Position numbers and translations under genes: made by a program
Shown: positions 61,056 through 64,000 of the stretch, one piece after another
Layout: each line of letters starts with the position of its first letter
Position numbering within the stretch: position 1 is the stretch's first letter
From: Octopus vulgaris
Lineage: Eukaryota
DNA: 64,000 nt
NCBI GenBank assembly: GCA_951406725.2
Contig: OX597818.1
Span: 91,326,001 to 91,390,000, forward strand
Reading direction: 5' to 3'
The notes under the pieces: generated by a model
Told to the model about the DNA's origin: nothing
Seen by the model: only the letters and a program-made list of their open reading frames with translations
Database searches by the model: none

Positions 61056-61289
61056 GTTAAGGTTTCAAGGGAAAAAAAGAGAGTGAGAGAGTGAAAGATT
61101 GAGAGACTGTCGATTGCCTTGGACAAACCCTTGAAGTTATTTCGACTGCGATGAAATCCTTTTTGTATAGGTATAATAAATTCATAATGATATGTACTAT
61201 TATGTTTTGATTGGTAAAGCCTATCTTATCATGGCAGAAATTAGTAAAACTAGCGATGAATTATGAGCGCTGTGCAACATTCAGAGTTC

Positions 61290-62425
61290 TTTATATTCTG
61301 CACTTTGCACCAACTTGCGTTTTTTCTCATTTAAATCAATGACCTCATGTCTTTAGAATTAGACGTAATAGCTGTCAGTGAGACCAGGATTTAAAACACA
61401 CGCGCACTAGCCCCTATTTTCAACGACTATTAACTTTTTTGCGTCTGTTCGTTGGCCGGGAATGGGAGGTGGAATAGCATTGCTATTTAGAAAAGGCTTG
61501 GATCTCGAGGTAAGATCGGTCTTCCGAGACCCGGACGGTAAGCTGGTGGTCCTGGAAGTGAGTAAATAGCAAATATGGTGTCTTTAGACTGCACGCTATC
61601 TATGCTCCTGCCGGGTTCAAACGTCCGGTGTCCGGAAGCTTTTCTATGTACGTCTCACCCTTTACTGTTAGTGGGAGATTGGAATGGCATCTTAGACACA
61701 TGCTAAGATTAATGAGAGTAGCTGATAGAAGAGGGAGTGCAAAAGCCTCAAGCACCTGATCAGCCAGTTCCGACTGTCTCACAGGTGCCGGCGAGATTTC
61801 CATTATGCGCCATTCTGGACTTGGACCGACCGCATAGGGTCATTTAGATAGTATACAGACAGGATTTGCATTACGAAAATATACAGTAATAGCATAGGAT
61901 GTCCACTTTTTAAAACGGTCGACTTGCAAATCACCAGTCTAACTTGCACGGTCAACCTAGACTCGAAGCGTAGGTTAGAAGCCGGGTACTGGAAGCTGAA
62001 CAAGTCTTCCGGCACGTAAGGCATACAGAGACGAGTCAACAATTTAGTTAAGCAAAATTTGACAGAAAGGTTCGCCGACAACATGTGGTGGGGGCTCCCA
62101 AAAGAGAGTTTAGAGCAATATCGATAGGGTTTAGCAAAGAAGTAACATTAGAAAAAATAGAAAAGAGGAAGAGCTAGTAGCTAAGTGAGACGAGACTAAC
62201 TGTAGCGGTATTGCGAACCGACGTGCTAGCAGCGAGAATGGCATCTGGTGGGCCACATCTTTATTATCCTCTCCGCCACATTTTTTTAAAACTTTGTATG
62301 CTATGCATATGTCCCTTCTTTTTCATTTTATCCCGAGTATACTTTCTGTCTTTGATTTTTTATATATCTTCACTATATGTAAACACCCACAATTTATGTC
62401 TGTCTTTATATATGCGGCAAATAAA
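61290..62425 (+). mobile_element. L1/Tx1-type LINE APE endonuclease fragment joined to a 3' UTR-like segment
   Basis: DVIAVSETRI, GGGIALLFRKGL, DPDGKLVVLEV, AIYAP, LVGDWNGILD, WTW, GYWKLN motifs with stops and frameshifts. Confidence 0.82.
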
Positions 62426-62448
62426 TGAAATCGTCGTCGTCGTCGTCG

Positions 62449-62491
<43 letters not shown>

Positions 62492-62612
62492 TATTATTGT
62501 TAATATTATCGATGTTGCACAGTATACAATATCTTCAATCAACAACCTCACGATACTGTATACTGTGCGACATCTATAATAATAATAATGATGATGATGA
62601 TGATTTTATTTA

Positions 62613-62680
<68 letters not shown>

Positions 62681-63062
62681 TAAAGCGGCTAGCGGAATCG
62701 TAAATACGTGGGGCAAAATAATTTGTCATTTCGTCCGTGTTTACTTTCCGAGTTCAACTTCCACCGAGAACAACAGTGCCTTTCATCTTCTGAAGGTTAA
62801 TAAAATAATTACGTGTTCAGTGCTTTGTCCATATATTATACAATCCATTCTCACGAAGTTTCAAGCCACGTGGATATAGTACAATGGATTATTATTGTTA
62901 TAGATAACCGTATTTTATTGATGTTGTAAATATCAGCTTGTACTTTTCAGGATATATTTCATATGACTGTATATTTTTTTCCAAATTAATATAGAAAACA
63001 ATGCCAAATGTAAATTATAAATAAAAATATAACACAAACATATCTATTTTATATTTTCCCAG

Positions 63063-63170
63063 TCAGAAAAATATTTGCGATTCCAGTCAACTTGCAGACG
63101 AATTCTTCCATATATGGAAAAAACGCTAGAAATGCGTTCCAGTGGCAATAAATTCTTCATGGGTGAACAG
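63063..63170 (+). CDS. S-crystallin coding exon 5 (gene continues beyond window)
   Basis: atattttcccag acceptor. Reads [36 protein letters not shown], including the CRRILP..EKTL and FFMG motifs. Donor GTAATC at 63171. No final exon or stop seen before 64000. Confidence 0.95.
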
Positions 63171-63348
63171 GTAATCAGTTATACCCACAACAATCACATG
63201 TAACACACCAAACATGCAGCACGTAAATAAATCAAGAAAATACATGAAAACATTGAAATAAACGACAGGAACTGGCCAGTCGCGTGTGAAATAAAAGAGA
63301 TTATATTTATACATATGCTCAGACAGACGTTCACATATGTGTATATGC

Positions 63349-63380
<32 letters not shown>

Positions 63381-63462
63381 GTATGTATATAAGTAAGTAT
63401 GTAAGCATGTAAGGGTGCCTGTCAAGGGTCGCCTCTTTTGTGTTTAAATGTACACTAATTTT

Positions 63463-63497
<35 letters not shown>

Positions 63498-63651
63498 ACC
63501 TCGCTAACTGAAGAGATACCAGTGCGGGTTTCAGCCCCTACATCCGAAAATTGGAGTTTTATTATGGCAACCGAATAATTGTCACATATTATATTACAGC
63601 TATATATATATCTATATATCTATGTATATGTATGTATAGGTATGTATATTT

Positions 63652-63687
<36 letters not shown>

Positions 63688-64000
63688 GTGTGTATGTGTG
63701 TGTTTGTGTATTTGTATGTAAGTATAAGGAGAATATAACACAAGAATGGAGGATAATAAGCCTTAATAGTAGAGTAGAACATTTGTTATCAACAGTCATA
63801 TGTGAGCGCTTCATGTTGTGCATTATAATTAATTTCAATTGTATCCACATACACAAATACACACACATAGCAATGGGTCTAGTTTGGCTTCGAAATATGT
63901 GAAACTCCACAATTAGGTGCCCATAGTAAAGCATGAAAATATGCTTAATGCAGCTCAACGCGCCAGTGTGTGTGCAAACATACTTTGAATAGATGAAAAT

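Overview
AT-rich, microsatellite-saturated animal genomic DNA, almost certainly octopus (S-crystallin gene plus cephalopod-type tRNA SINEs). Only one host gene is supportable: a + strand S-crystallin (sigma-class GST-derived lens protein). Its five coding exons are 43405-43537, 52070-52165, 54897-55012, 59549-59581 and 63063-63170 (162 codons, all GT-AG, frame-consistent); the last exon lies beyond the window. The ORF track missed this gene completely. The rest is TE debris: one near-full-length and five partial Dong/R4 LINEs, most in (TAA)n arrays; L1/Tx1, RTE and Penelope-like (PLE) fragments; mariner and hAT relics; three tRNA-SINE families; and at least seven fold-back/MITE-like inverted repeats. 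The most interesting unexplained structures are (i) a probable composite element of tRNA head + (TAA)n linker + hammerhead-ribozyme motif, (ii) several further hammerhead-like motifs, those in introns mostly antisense to the gene, and (iii) a ~555-bp non-coding element in six copies, always next to (TAA)n, with one fixed end and a recurrent truncation point. Almost all long ORFs in the track are microsatellite artefacts. All calls were made by eye; no searches were run.
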